The notes below the pieces were generated by a model that did no database searches, was not told where the DNA came from, and was given only the letters and a program-made list of their open reading frames with translations. 64,000 nucleotides of DNA from Epiperipatus broadwayi (Eukaryota > Animalia > Onychophora): the NCBI GenBank assembly GCA_028023455.1, contig JAQFVV010000008.1, positions 16,678,001-16,742,000 on the forward strand. Reading direction: 5' to 3'. Positions 26,683 to 40,415 of this stretch are shown in pieces. The stretch's first letter is position 1; the number at the start of each line of letters is the position of its first letter. Position numbers and translations under genes: made by a program.

Positions 26683-26750
26683 GGGATGGCACTGGAATTG
26701 TTCCCAGGATCCAAAACCGCGGAGATTGACACTATACCACTGTGCTATAC
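26683..26750 (-). repeat. Degenerate tRNA-derived SINE-like head
   Basis: The minus strand has A-box-like TAGCACAGTGGT and a degenerate B-box GGGAACAATTCC at tRNA-like spacing. Confidence 0.3.
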
Positions 26751-26909
26751 CAAAAATGAATGATGGTATTTATAAAATATGACAAATGCAATTATCTCCT
26801 ATACAACTGTTGTCCAATATACTGCAGAATTACTATAATTATTATGAGGCAATATTTTTTAAATAAGTTTATTTTTGAAGAAAATGTGTCATTTAATTAA
26901 ACGTTGTTT

Positions 26910-27390
26910 GGAAAATCTAAATATTTTCAATTACATATTTTGTTAATTATTGTGGTATCAGTTTGTTTGATTTTGAGCTATGGTAAAGTATATAATTGGC
27001 ATATGTTTCAAACAATTGTCACAAGACTAAGTAAAAAAGTAATCCTCTCATATTTAAATAAAAAATATTTACAATCAAAACCTATTCCATCAATGGAATG
27101 AATCAAAAATCTAAACATGTTCAGTTACATATAAATTTTATTAATTATCATAGGTGACATGGTGTACGTCTATTTGATTTAGAACAATGGTAGAGTATAT
27201 AATATGTACTATAGTATATGTTGTGTAATTGTCACAAGATTAAGTAAATAAAGTAATTCTTTTATATTTAAATAATAAATGTTTACAATAAAGAATGTGT
27301 TTTTAACAATGGAATGATTTGGAAATCTAATCATTTTCATTTACATATAAGTTTTATTAATTATTGTGGTGACATGGTATTCCCTTTGAT
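26910..27390. repeat. Diverged tandem repeat, about 200-215 bp period, about 2.3 copies
   Basis: aaatcta...ttacatat...ttaattat recurs at about 26910, 27105 and 27322. aattgtcacaaga.taagtaaa recurs at about 27012 and 27228. Confidence 0.7.
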
Positions 27391-29577
27391 GGAGTGCCTT
27401 TGTAGTCCGCATAATCTACACATCCACATGTAGTGATTCTGTCAGTATATGCCTATATTTTTTGTCATGTATTGCTATTAAAATTGTAAAAAAAAAAAAA
27501 AAATAGGATCAAGTTTATATTTAATAGTGGTCTTTATGTATTATGTTTCTTAACAAATTATTGGACGAAGATAAATGAAAATTGAGTCTTTTTGAATACA
27601 ATTTTTTTGTTTATTTATGTTCTTTGTGTTATTAAATTTCTTAAAGTTCAAATTATTTGCACTTGGGCCTTTCTCAAGGAGAAGATAAGTTGTTTGTTAA
27701 TAAATTGTTAGTGAAAGTGTTACAAAATAGGGGCCTCACAATACTAATAGCATCCAAACCCTGAATGGGGGAAGGTTGGCTCTGAGAATACATATTGTTT
27801 ATTAAATTGCAAATGTACAATAATTTTTAACATGCACATTTATATATATATAACACAGATGCTTTTTTAAATGTATAACATGTGTATATATATATATAAA
27901 TTAAGATTATGGTATAATCAGATTTAGAAAATTAATAATAAATTGAGAGGGCCCTTATATATATATTTACTATCATTCACATTCTCTCAAAACTGTGTAG
28001 TGTATTTTTATTATTAAAAATAAAATAAATAGCAAATTGTCACTTTCTTTTTTTTTAAATAACTTATTTTCCTATAGAAATGTAAGAACAATCTTGTTAT
28101 TAGCAGAGTACAATACCTCTAATTGTTTTGATATTTTAAAATTCACATTGACTTCAGAATCTATATAGTTATCCTTATTAGCCATTGATCATTTCAGATT
28201 CTTGGTAAACTTTTCAAACTTTAAGTCTGACAAAATACAAAAAAATATCAATTGTTTTTCCTGTTATTGATAATTTGATAACTACAAATTTTCTTAAATT
28301 TTGTAAAATTTTAGTATTACACTTAGAAAACATTATATTATGTGAAGTACTATATATCAAATTTAGAAAGAATAATCAAGTGAGTATAAAATGCATATGC
28401 TTTCAAGTTAAAGTGATAAAACTTTATTAATGAACATAATCACATAGGACACGCCAAGATGGAAAAATGGCTACTACCATATCATAAAAATTATTAATGA
28501 TACAACATATATTGTACTTCAACTGTATTCTTACTTTTGCTATGATATCTGGAAAAGTTACAAGTTATTCTTAAAATATTAAAATTAATGTAATTAACAA
28601 ATTAACATCTGAAAAATATATAAGCATTTTAAAATAGACATACACTGAATACAATAGTAATTATTTTGCAATGACTTAATTAGCATTGATATATTTATAG
28701 CTTTTACATATGAAATTTAGAAATATTGTAGTTTATATTTATAATAATGGGTTTTTTAATACATGTTTTAGAAAAATAAAAAAAAAAGATTTTTAATTGT
28801 TCTATGGTTAATAATCCTTATAATGGCAGTTTCAAAATCAATAGGCAGGAGATAATTCACTACCAATTATTATATTATTGCATTTAGCCAATAAATTCTT
28901 GTCTTAATTATAATGCAATAAATATTATTTGATATGCATTTGCTTTTTTACTTTACACAATTTTTTTTTTTTAAAGTCAAGGTTGAGATATATGACATAA
29001 TTACCACTGGTCACTTTGATACATAAATTCCAATATTTAAAGCTACCTCATATTTTAATACAACATTAATTATTGAGATGTATAGTGAATTATTAAATAC
29101 AACATTAATTAAAACTATGAAATATTAATTAACTGTAAAAGATAGAATGATTTTATTTAAAATACAATTGCATTATTATTTTTGGTTTAATAAATATATA
29201 ACCTTAGCTCGATTATTGAATCAATGCATTTCTTCTGTGATTGATTTGGGCAGTCATTATCTGAAGAATCATGTTCTAACATATTTTGAGATAAGTGCAC
29301 GTTTATAGATTAGTTATCTGGTCTAAAGGGTATACATCAGATTTGTTCTTCTCTCTAGGGATATATCTATGATTAAAATACCACTTTAACCTTTGCTATT
29401 TACATATGCATGCATATATCTAATGCTTCTTTGATGTCACTGTAATTGATATGGTGTAAAAAAAAATTGATAATATATGATTATCATAGTCACTTCAATT
29501 TTGTTTTAAAATTATATTTTGATGCACCAACATGATTATCTACATATATCTACACTTACTATGATACTAAGTATCAC

Positions 29578-31249
29578 TTGGAGAAAAAGACATGGATAGC
29601 AAGTGAGATTGCAGATAAGAATGGAAGGATGTTAACTGATAGTAATGATATATTAAAAAGATGGGAAGAATATCTTCAATGTCTGTTTAGTAGAGGAAAT
29701 CATGTAATTAATTATGAATTTGAAAATGAAGATGTTGAAATAGATGATAGAGGTATGGACATATTGCTGGATGAACAATCGCACAAGTGAAGAATAGTAA
29801 AGCTGTTGGATTTGATGCAAATACCTATAGAATTTTTGAGAGAAATGGGAGAATTTACTATGAAGGAAATAGTTGGACTTTGCAATTTGATATATAATAG
29901 TGGAGTTTGGCCTGAAGATTTTTTAAGAACTAGAATGATTCCAATTGCTAAAAAGAATAAAGCTGCTAAATGTGAAGAGTATAGAACAATAAGTTTGTTG
30001 TCTCATACTTCTAAAGTTTTATTGAGGATTTTAACTCAAAGGATTTATGGGAAGGTAGATTATTATATTGGTGAAGAACAGTTTGGTTTTTGGAAAGGGA
30101 AAAGCACAAGAGATGCTATTGGTATTGTTAGGACAATTGTGAAAAGATATATGGAAAGAGATAAAGGAATTGGTATATGTTCTGTGGATTTAGAAAAGGC
30201 ATTTGATAGAGTAGTCTGGAATAAAATGATGTTCATCTTAAAAGATAAAGGAGTATTTTGGAAAGAAAAATGATTGATTTGGATTATGTATAATGGTCAA
30301 AGGATAAGAATTAGATTTGTGAATAATGTGACTGATGAAGTGAATATAGAAAGTGGAGTTAGGCAAGGGTGTAGTGTGTCGCCTGTTCTGTTTAATATTT
30401 ATTTAGAAGATATGCTAAATAATTATTTGGGACTGTAGAGGAGCAGATGTTGGAGGGAGAGTAATAAAGTATTTAAGATTTGCAGATGACATGGCTCTTA
30501 TTGCTGAAGAGGAAAAGGGTCTTTAGAATATGTTGAATAAATTGGAAGGATGTATGGCATATGGAATGAAGATTAATATTGAAAAGACTATGTGTTTATG
30601 GATAGGGAGAGATGCAAAAAGACTGCAAATTGGAATCTGTGATGACATGGTTCAACAGATGAAGGGATTTAGATATTTGAGTAGTTGTTTGAGTGAGGGT
30701 GGAAGAAGTCAAGATGAAGTTAAAAGAATAGCATTGGCAAAGGAGACATTTGTAAAGAGAAAGAATATAATTTGTGGACCTTTGGAAAGCGGAATGAAGA
30801 AATTAATTATATGTTATGTGTGGAGTATATTAATGTATGGTTGTGAGACATGGACATTGAGTAATAGAGTTAAGAAACAATTGGAAGCTTTTGAGATGTG
30901 GACATGAAGGAAAATGGAAAAAATCAGTTGGATGAGTAAAATAACAAATGAAGAAGTTTTGAAAAGAGTAAATGAGGAAAGAAGAATATCAGAGAGAGAA
31001 AGAGAAACTGTATTGGATATATATTGAGAAAAGATTATAGTTTAATGAAAGATATTTTGGAGGGAATGGTGAGTGGAAATAAAAAGGATGGAAGAGATTG
31101 ACATTATTGGATGATATAAGAGATGGGAAGACTTATGTGGAATTGAAGAAATGGGCAAGGAAGTGAATAGAATGGAAGAATGGATGAATTGATGTTGTGA
31201 CTAATCTCTGGACCTGTCTATTGGACAGAATACTATTGATTGATTGACT
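29578..31249 (+). mobile_element. 5'-truncated RTE-clade LINE (RT to 3' tail), pseudogenised
   Basis: CEEYRTISLLSHTSKVL, QFGF.KGKSTRDAI, VDLEKAFDRV, GVRQGCSVSPVLFNIY, FADD and YGCETWTL are present. It ends with a 3' stem-loop CTGTC-TATTG-GACAG and an (ATTG)n tail. Confidence 0.95.
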
Positions 31250-31716
31250 ATGATGGACATACTTATTAAATTGCCATGTTTTATATCATTATAATATATA
31301 ATTATTAGAAGATTTTCATAAACTTTAAAGATGTAGATATTAAACTTATAATGAGAATTTCTAATTATTTATCTAAAAATATTTTTTCTATGATGTAACC
31401 AAGCAAAGAAACAATTAAAAATTGGCATTGCAAAAGCTGAGATCATATTATCTAGTAATATTTTCTGCCTGTCTTGAATTTTTGGTTTGGAAAGAAAATA
31501 CTATTATTATATAAATGTGATTTCAGTTTGCAATTTTAGTTTTTGATTGCTTATTTGTCTGGATATATCATATTGAAAAATATCTAGATAAATATTTAGA
31601 AATTTCCATTATAATTTCAATATTTACAACTTTATATTTAATTGTATACTAAATTTGCTACATAATTACAATATATCTTATTCATACACTAAATAAAATA
31701 CTTTTTTTTTTTGTAG

Positions 31717-32599
31717 GTTGAGTTAGAAGACAAAATAACAATTAGTAATGAAGATGGACAAAAGCTAGCTGTAGCTAATGAGATGTCATTTGATTCTTGC
31801 TCTATAGAAATTATGAATAGTTCTGATGTTAATCAAATTATTACTGACAACTATGATAGTATACCTATTGACAAATATTACTGGAATTTCTTAATTAATA
31901 AAAATTCTAATGCTCTGATTCAGTTGTTTATTGAAATGTGTTTACAAATTGATAATGCAAGTGATAATGTATTACAACTTAAGTTTAAAAATGTAAGTGA
32001 TCGGCAGATGAAAGACAAATTTGAAACTTTTTTTACTCAGAATGCTTCCAAGTTTTTTGAAATAAATGAATCCAAAATTGAAAATGATAATTACTCAGAA
32101 ACACAGATTTCTAATAATCACATATATAATACTACTTATGACAAATTAGAGAATGATTCACACATTGTTTCTAATACTTCACAAAATATTAATTCTTCTA
32201 AAACAGTATTTACGTATTACGAAGATATCAAAGTAACTATTTATCAAGGAAATATTACCAAAGAAGTTGTTGACATCATTGTTAATGCAGCTAATACTAT
32301 GCTGGATAATTGCTGTGGAGTAGCTAAAGCTATTTTACATGCAAGTCAAGATGACAGTATTCAAATAAATTGTGATAAATACATTATAAAAAATGGAAAG
32401 AAAGGATTAAATGTTGGTTCTATTTATTCTTCAGTATCTGGTAAACTTAACTGCAAAAATATTTATCATGCTGTGATTCCAAGATGGAATCTATATGGGG
32501 TTCAGAGTATCAATATATTAGGAGATCTACTGTACAATTGTTTTTTGAAGGCAGATAAATCTAACATGAATTCCATTGCTTTACCTCTTATAAGTTCAG
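31717..32599 (+). CDS. Internal exon encoding a macro domain (PARP14/PARP9/PARP15-like protein)
   Basis: Polypyrimidine-tag acceptor in frame with the 31783 ORF. Macro motifs: VTIYQGNIT, DIIVNAAN, GVAKAI, IYHAV, SIALPLISSG. GT donor after the SSG glycine at 32600. Flanking exons were not identified. Confidence 0.9.
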
Positions 32600-32659
32600 G
32601 TATTATTAAATTTATTATTAAATATATTAAATTTATTAAGTGCCAGCAGATAATATAAT

Positions 32660-33011
32660 AATAACATGAAAGGCTGAAACTTTTGACCGTTGCACTTTAA
32701 AAATGCTTATGTGACAGCCAATCAGATGTAATAATGACTACACGAGGAACTCTCAATTCAAGAACACCAGCCAAAAATATGAGAATTAAATGTGGTATTT
32801 TAAGCTTCATGCTTTTTGTTCAGAATGCTTGAGTCTGGCTTATTTATATGTAAATTTAAGTAGAGAAGAATGTGGGTTCCATCTTTTTTTCATATTTCTG
32901 GCTTGTGTTTTTGAATTGAGAGTTCCTCGTGTAGTCATTATTACATCTGATTGGCTGTTACATAAGCATTTTTAAGGTGCAGCAGTCAAATGTTTCAACC
33001 TTTCACATTAT
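32660..33011. mobile_element. MITE with about 120-bp TIRs just downstream of the macro exon
   Basis: GAAAGGCTGAAAC...CAGCCAATCAGATGTAATAATGACTACACGAGGAACTCTCAATTCA has a matching reverse complement at about 32890-33008. A TA TSD is possible. Confidence 0.85.
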
Positions 33012-34028
33012 TAAATTTATTATTATAATTATTTTTATTATATTTTAAATTGATATGCAGTGATAACTTTAATTCAATAATAATATTTTTTTAGTTAATT
33101 TTTTTTTTTTTAAAAAAAAAGATACTTGTTTCCAATGACACATTTTGCAAATATGGGTGTATAAGAATTTCTGCTATTCTAAGCCTTTTTTTTTATCTAA
33201 AACTATACCAATTTGGGCATCAATTGGAATTTTGGTAAATTTTGACATAAGATTGTAACAATTATAAAAAAATAAATATAATGATAACTTACCTAGATAA
33301 AGGAATAATAAATCATGTCTCTATATATACTTATTTATATATTTCTAAAATCCATTAATGGCCACAAAGATAATAGTTTATTGCAAAATCTTTTAATACT
33401 TTACCATCAAACAAAGTACCATGACTTTCTAGCTTTCTTTCTTCGTTGGCATTATGAATAATTATTTATTCTATTCCAGAGCCATTTTAGAGTATTTTTC
33501 TTAATGTGGCTGATATATAAAGTAAGCTATGGTAAGAAAGTCTTATAATATTTTGGCATGAATTATTCTGTGACGGAATAATCAAAATTATGTACAGATA
33601 GCATGTAACTAATGTCTTTAAGATATGTAATTGCTAACATAGTATCAGACTTATATAGTTATTTAACTTAACTGATATGTGTTTAAAACTATATAGTATT
33701 TGAATTTCAAGTCATTAGCTTGAATAATATAAATAAATAAAAGGGCTGCTGTATATGCAGGTACAAATCTAGTGCTGCTTATTGATGAAAGCCAATAAAC
33801 CAGAAAATAATTCGGAGATAAGGATGTAGACTATCATTTGGCATCCATTTCTTAAATTTATATACATGGCTTTGGAGCAGCAAATAGAATAAATTACTAT
33901 TTCAAATATTTTACTACATAAATATCTATACACTTTCTAAGAAAAGATTACATTTTATTTGACAATTTAATAAATAATTTGTTGAGTAATGTGTTTGACC
34001 CAGAGTCATAATCATAGCATCAAACTCA

Positions 34029-34490
34029 TTGGCTAAACTGGTCTTATTATGTGGAGGAAATATGACATTGATATTCGATGGTTGGTTAGGACAAGGTGAT
34101 TCAAGTGTCTTTTTTGTTTATTGTGTGGATGTTATTAACGATAAACCATGCTTCTTTTACAAAAAATTCTTATCATTGTACTCAGCACATACTATTTTGA
34201 TATTCCATGGATTGAAATCATGGCCAGATTCAAAACACCAATTTAGCCTATAAATTTGAGTGCTATGATTATGACCTCTCAGGTCAAAAGCACTGTTCAG
34301 CGAAATATTTGTTAAATTGTCAAATAAAATTTAATCCTTTCTTGGAAAGCGTATTAATGTTACTTATATTATTACATAGCCAAAAAAAAGCAAAATTCAA
34401 TAGCATTACACATATCTGTTGTGAATTTTTCCAGACTGATCCAGAAGAACATATCAGTGTCAATACAAATGTTCATTTATTTTGCGGTAT
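34029..34490 (+). pseudogene. Possible hAT-like (DUF659-type) transposase relic
   Basis: TLIFDGW...SSV...FF...S..SAHT resembles the first catalytic Asp region of this group. Interrupted by stops. Confidence 0.25.
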
Positions 34491-35061
34491 CTAATCAAGA
34501 ATTGCATTAGTCCATCAATTTATCTTTTCTTTTTACTATATGCCAAAGCATTTTTGTTTAACTTTTAAAATATCATAGTAGTATCATTAATGATAATTTA
34601 AGTTCACATCCTTTTGCTTCTCTTTTTTGTTACTTCCAGTGCTCTTTTGTGTTAATTAGTTTCTGCTTTAGTTTTAAATACAAATTCTATATTTTTTAAC
34701 TATAAATTAAACTGCAAAGTATGTTGATTATATCTTTTTAAAAATCAAGGTAGGATTCTGAAAAAAATAATTCTTAGTTTTCAAAATGCAATAAAAAACT
34801 TTTTTGATTTCTTTTATTTCTGTTCTTTTTATGAATGGTTTTCTTATAAAAAGGCTTTGCTTTTTTTTTTGTTTTAACATTAAAGACAATCAAGCTTATA
34901 ACTTGTAGTTATATGTTGGTTTATTTTCATTATCTAGAATTAATTGTTAATTCTCTTTACAAAATTCAACTAGTAATAATAACACACAGGTTAGTATATC
35001 TAGTATAACATTTAAAATGGTATAATTCTTTTTTCTTCTTCAAGTGTTCCTGGCAAGTGAC

Positions 35062-35130
35062 AATACTAGAATGAGAATCAAATCTGGGACCTTCATATTC
35101 ATGAAATTTAAGATTATACTCTAACAAACT
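35062..35130 (-). repeat. Degenerate tRNA-derived SINE-like head
   Basis: The plus strand gagaatcaaatctgggacctt...actctaacaaactgaactat is the reverse complement of a B-box...A-box arrangement. Confidence 0.3.
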
Positions 35131-35949
35131 GAACTATTCTGTCTAAAGCAACTTTCAATAGAAATGTAATATACTTAACTATGATGTTTTCTCTTGATTT
35201 CTCCATTTTTTCTTAAAGATAAAATTGATAAGTAGTTTTCAATCGTGAATTGTCACATTAGGTTTACTTATGATATCAAGAAAATTTAAAGAAGCTGTTC
35301 ACATGATAATGATAAAGTGTGATAATTTATTGGTCATTTTTTTATTTTAAGAAAAAAAGGAAAAATCAGGATTCTCACAAATAAATATATAAAATTTTTA
35401 ATTACTATTGTTTTTGACAGAATAGCCTTATTGGCAAGTGTATCACCTTAAATTCAACATTCACAAATCTAAAGTTCCCAGGTTTAATTTGCATGCTAGT
35501 ATTATCACTGGTCAGGCTAGCAATATCTGAAGAAGAGAATAATATTATTCGAAATGTTGTGTTACACACTAACCTGTAAGTTATTACTATTACAAGAATG
35601 TATTTGAAGAGCTTAAATAATGTTTGAATTTTTTTTAAATATTTATTTTATAATTAATTTGGTACTTACTTTAGTTCTGTAACATAGAGGAGATGGTTTG
35701 CCTTTTCACATCCATGATAAATGTGTAACCTTGCAATCATATCAAATAAACCCTCTTCCAATAATGTGTTGTTTTTTTTTTTTTTGTGATATTTTTACAC
35801 TCAATTATTGTCCAGATTTTGTTTTGACAAGATCTTTAGTGCTCTCAATTGCATTTTTTAACTATTTTTTACTTCATTTGTATTCATAGTTTTGATTCAA
35901 CGATTTTTACTCGCTACTGAAATGAATACTGTTTTATATTATCAAGAAA

Positions 35950-36330
35950 ATGTAAAATTGGAGGCCCTAACAAAATTGCCGAGAGCCTTTTCAAAACCAA
36001 GCTGGCGAATTATTCCTGAACATTTTGGAGGAAAAAATTATATTTTCAAGAAAACACAAAATTGGAGACCCTAACAAAATCATCGAAATTGATGAGAGCC
36101 TTTTCAAAACCAAACTGAACGAATTCTTTCCGAACAGTGAATGTTTGGTTACTTGTGCAGACAGACTGACAAGTGTTTTATCATGACAATTAATGATAGA
36201 ACAGCAGAAACTCTTATGGAAGCCATCAAATAAAATACGGAAGGAGGGATTGATTTATTCTGACAGTTTGAATTATAAAGTACCATTATGATCATTTTCG
36301 TGTGAAACACAAATACAAGCATGTATTAAA
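35950..36330 (+). mobile_element. Merlin / ISXO2 (IS1595-like) transposase relic
   Basis: KIGDPNKIIEIDESLF, (W)MFG..CRQTDKCF, DRTAETLMEAI, IYSD and HFRVKH match the family pattern KIGGPG.IVEIDES...WVFG..R...LV.V.DR...TL...I.SD. Confidence 0.75.
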
Positions 36331-37369
36331 TAAATGTGCATTTTGGGAAAAATAAAAATTTTACTTTTAGTCTCCATTTTGGGAAAAAAAATATCCACTT
36401 AAAATAAAATAGAACCAACAAATTGATCATTTGATTGCGACAATTCCTGTTATATATTACACAGTAAGTACCGTATGTGTATATTTTATAGTTTTTTCAT
36501 AATATTTTAGGGTATTTTGTAATTTAGTGATTGTTTTGTCCATATTTAAACTTATATTTAGGAATTGCATAATGGCATATCATATTAGTCTGTATTTAAA
36601 GTAAAATTTGGAAATTGCATAATGGTGTGTCATATTTTACATTTTTATGTCAAATCAAAAGTTTTTAAGATTGATTTTTGGTTGAAATTCATATTTTTAG
36701 TATTGTTAGAAATTAATATTCCATGACATTTTATATTTTTTGTGTGAAATTCATATTTTTAGTATTGTTAGAAATTAATATTTTTAGTATTGCTAGATTT
36801 AATCTGATGCAATTTCTGTCATGTATTAAAACTGCTACGCCTTTTCACATACGTATTCAGACTACTGATAACTTTGTAAATATTGCGAAAATATTATGTA
36901 CACATCCGTTTTGATGAATTTATCATCTTAAGGTTGTACAAGATCCAAGTGTACACGTTATTTAGTCAGATCACAAGATTAGAATTTTATCAGCAGATTG
37001 ATTTGAATATGAAAAGGCATAGTAGATCTAATACGTGTTGCAGTACTAATATGTAAATACCATTAATTCTATATTATGGAAATAGTTCTGCATTTTCTTA
37101 TCTGCTTAATTTTATTGTATAGTTTGTCTGATTTGTGTTATCTTTTTGAAATGTAATTCAGTGATTATATTTCAAAAATTACATTTCACTCTCCTTTATT
37201 TGATTTTCTTTTTTGTTGTTGCCTAACTTAGTTCTCGGTATTCTCCAATAAAAAAACAATCTATTTTCCACATTTCATGATTCTGTTTGAGATAATCTTT
37301 ATATTGTAAATGAAAATATTGCTCTTAATTTTATTATAAATTATCTTTTCAGAAAACAATTACTATTTA

Positions 37370-38100
37370 TTTATTTTATATATCAGGTTCAATGAAAATT
37401 CATTACTATTTTTATTAGTTTGAAAAACATACTGAGTTTCTTTAAATATGCTCCATATATGGATACAATGAATATAATAACATAATTCAGAATTAAAAAT
37501 TCTCGAATCAATTTGGGAAACTAAAAAAAAAAAAATCATGATTTGATTTAATTGAACATTATTATGCTCAGCGACTTCCTTCAAACATTATATAAGCTTT
37601 TAAGCTATTCACTTTTTTTCTTTACCTTTTGTACAAAATCTTAAATGAATATTTATAATGTTTACTTTCTTATTTTATATATATATAATCACAATATTTT
37701 TCTCTTTAAACTTTTTACAAGTTTTAAATTTTAACATTTTTATTCCATGTTTAAATTATTTAAAGTTCCTGTTGTAATTCATTAAATTTTAATGGTAATT
37801 AAACTGTTAATAATCGTAATCTCTAATTTTGGATAAGCTTGAATATAAAATTAATTTTTGACAAAATTAATGAGATCACATTGTTTTTCTGCATACAAGT
37901 CCAAAATCTGGTCAAGAGCCACACTTTTCAAAAGAAAATTACTGTTTTTGATAAAATTTATGTTGAAAAAGTTATTGACATTCTGAGATTGGGATTTTAA
38001 AAAGTGCCTTTTCTGTTACTTTTGTCAAAATAGCTTTTTATTTTTGTTGAACAGTGTCTTTTATAGATGATATTTCTGGTTGTCAATCAACATATATCGA
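37370..38100 (-). pseudogene. Faint hAT transposase relic
   Basis: Minus-strand fragments FLKSQSQN, SVALDQILD and YYIHCIH occur in the order expected for hAT (..SQNE, SxxxDExxD, HCxxH). Confidence 0.25.
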
Positions 38101-39097
38101 TATTTTCAGTTTCTTGCAATAAATATGTTTATCTTTGATTTTATAACTATTAATATTTTTAATTATTACAACTGACACATCACTCATATTTTAAATCTTA
38201 CTGTTGAAGATATTTAAAAAAATATGATAATGGCTTCTAAGATATACTTTAACTTAATCAGGTATCTTCACTTAGACTAAGATGCACATAGCTCTTTGAA
38301 TAAAATATCATTATTTTGTATTTATTGATGTACATAATACAAATTTTGTTTAATTTCTATCCTTAAAAAATTGATTAATAACTATTTATTTATTAAATGA
38401 TATACATGCATTCTTTTGCAGTGTTTACAAGTTTAATCTATTTATTTATATATACTGTAACAGAATTTAAGTTGAAATGAATGAAGCAGTTTCAGTGTGT
38501 GTTATGTACTATAAATAGCTACACATTAGTGCATCAAAATTGTACTAAAATTTTGATATTCTCAATTGATTTCTATATATTTAATATGTAACTTCACATT
38601 GATTTGCCAAAAATATAATGGAATGAATGTTTTATTGATAGATAATTTTAATAATCATGACTTAACTTGAAACAGCAAACATGCTTATCATAAAAATGGA
38701 AATGGACTTAGGTATGCACGTGCATATATATATAGTAAAACAACCAAAATATTTTAATTACACACATTTCTAGAGGGAAGAAGCATTTATATCCATCTAT
38801 CATCTAGTCATATAAACTAATCCATATATATTTTTTACAATCAGATTACAGAAATCATTATAAGTAATTAATTATTTTAGTTTATGAAAATAGAAATTTG
38901 AAAGGTTAATTAATTACAGCACAAATATAGAGAATGAATATTAAATCAAGAATAAAAAAATAAAATATTTTGAATAACAAAAATATTTAATTAATATTTA
39001 TTTAATAGACAAATTCACAATATGTATGTAATTACATATACAAGGTATGACAATTTAATTCCCAGAGTGGCTGTGTGGTGTCACCCATTAACTAATT

Positions 39098-39591
39098 CAG
39101 GGTGGTCAAATAGTAGCCCGAGGGCCACATGTGGCCTGCTAAGAGTTTTTATGAGGCCCCCCAAGACAATCAGAAAAATTTGCCTTGAACTGAGATTTTC
39201 TTCTTGTGCATGACCGAAGATTCATCTCATATTTTCCACTAGGATGGCCACGTCAATACACATGCGCAATGTAGATACAATGTGCAGTGCTTTTCTAGTT
39301 GATCTGGTTGATTTCAATTGTGTCTTTACATTAGCAAATATATACATTTCCAACTTTAGTGAAACCATGAACCCTCCAAAAAAATGTAAAATCGGTGATG
39401 AATGTCATGTGCTTAATAAAGAATGGACAAACAAATATTTCTTTGGTAATACAAGGAATAAAGCAGTGTGTTTATTGTGTCATGGAAAAAAGATGCGGCC
39501 ATCCGCTAACCTTCGATTCCACAAGGTGGCCCCTGATCCGGCCCTCAACCAACCTCTGCAGCCCCCGAGCCAAAAGAATTGCCCACCCCTG
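39098..39591 (+). mobile_element. SPIN/GTF2IRD2-like hAT deletion derivative
   Basis: CAGGGTGGTCAAAT / ATTGCCCACCCCTG termini, with TSD AACTAATT/ATCTAATT (1 mismatch). It encodes the N-terminal fragment KCKIGDECHVLNKEWTNKYFF..NKAVCLLC. Confidence 0.9.
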
Positions 39592-39699
39592 ATCTAATTG
39601 TATCAAAATCATATAAGTTCATGTTTTAACATGTTTAAGCTAATGTGTATAAGTTTTAAACTGATAGAGCTAGTTATTAGTTAGCAATTAAATGTCCAT

Positions 39700-40415
39700 G
39701 CATACGCTTTGGCATAAAAATGGGTGATCAAAATTTTGGCAACATTAATATCAAATTTTGTGTGAAAATCTGCAGATGTGCTACTGAAACATTATAATTG
39801 TTGCAAGTGGCATATTGTGAAGATGCTATGAAGAAATCAAATATGTTTGAGTGAATAAGAGGTTCAAAGATGGATGAGATATGACGGATGATCCCAGAAG
39901 CAGATAGACAAAAATAACAATGGCTGATGCTAATATTAACAAAGTAGAAGATGTAATATGGTTTAATTGTGAGATTAATGATTGAAGAATTTCAGATTAA
40001 TCAAGAAACAGGCTCATTTTAAATAAAGAGTTGGATATGAGAATGATTTCTGTGAAGTTTGTGCCTCAGATCTTGATGGAAGAACAGACTTTTTGGCCAT
40101 AAAATCAATTACACAACTAGACCATCTTGTCTATTCCCCTGATTTAACTCCCTGTGATTTTTGATATTTCCAAAATTAAAAACTATGCTGAAAGGACAAA
40201 GATTTTCTACTATAAATGATATCCAAAAGAATGTGAGACAGTTGCTCAATAGTATTCCTGAAAATGAGTTCCGGGTGTGCTTCCAGAAACTGGCATACTG
40301 TTTTAATCAATGTATAGATGCACAAGGGGATTATTTTGAAGATGACGGTAGCCACTAATGTAATCTTCCATATATATATATATTTTACAAAAATGCATTC
40401 TGGGAATTAAATTGG
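39700..40415 (+). mobile_element. Internally deleted mariner transposon relic
   Basis: N-terminal INIKFCVK...ATET..LLQVAY.EDAMKKS..FEW..RFKDG, and C-terminal YSPDL.PCDF..FPKLK.MLKG.RF...QCIDAQGDYFE. Confidence 0.9.

Noticed and set aside
32600-32658. Extension of the macro ORF to its stop codon at 32658
   Set aside because: The sequence after SSG is low-complexity and begins with a GT donor, so it is probably intron read-through.
38260-38280. Candidate next macro-gene exon (ag|GTATCTTC, giving GIF)
   Set aside because: An in-frame TAG follows within two codons.
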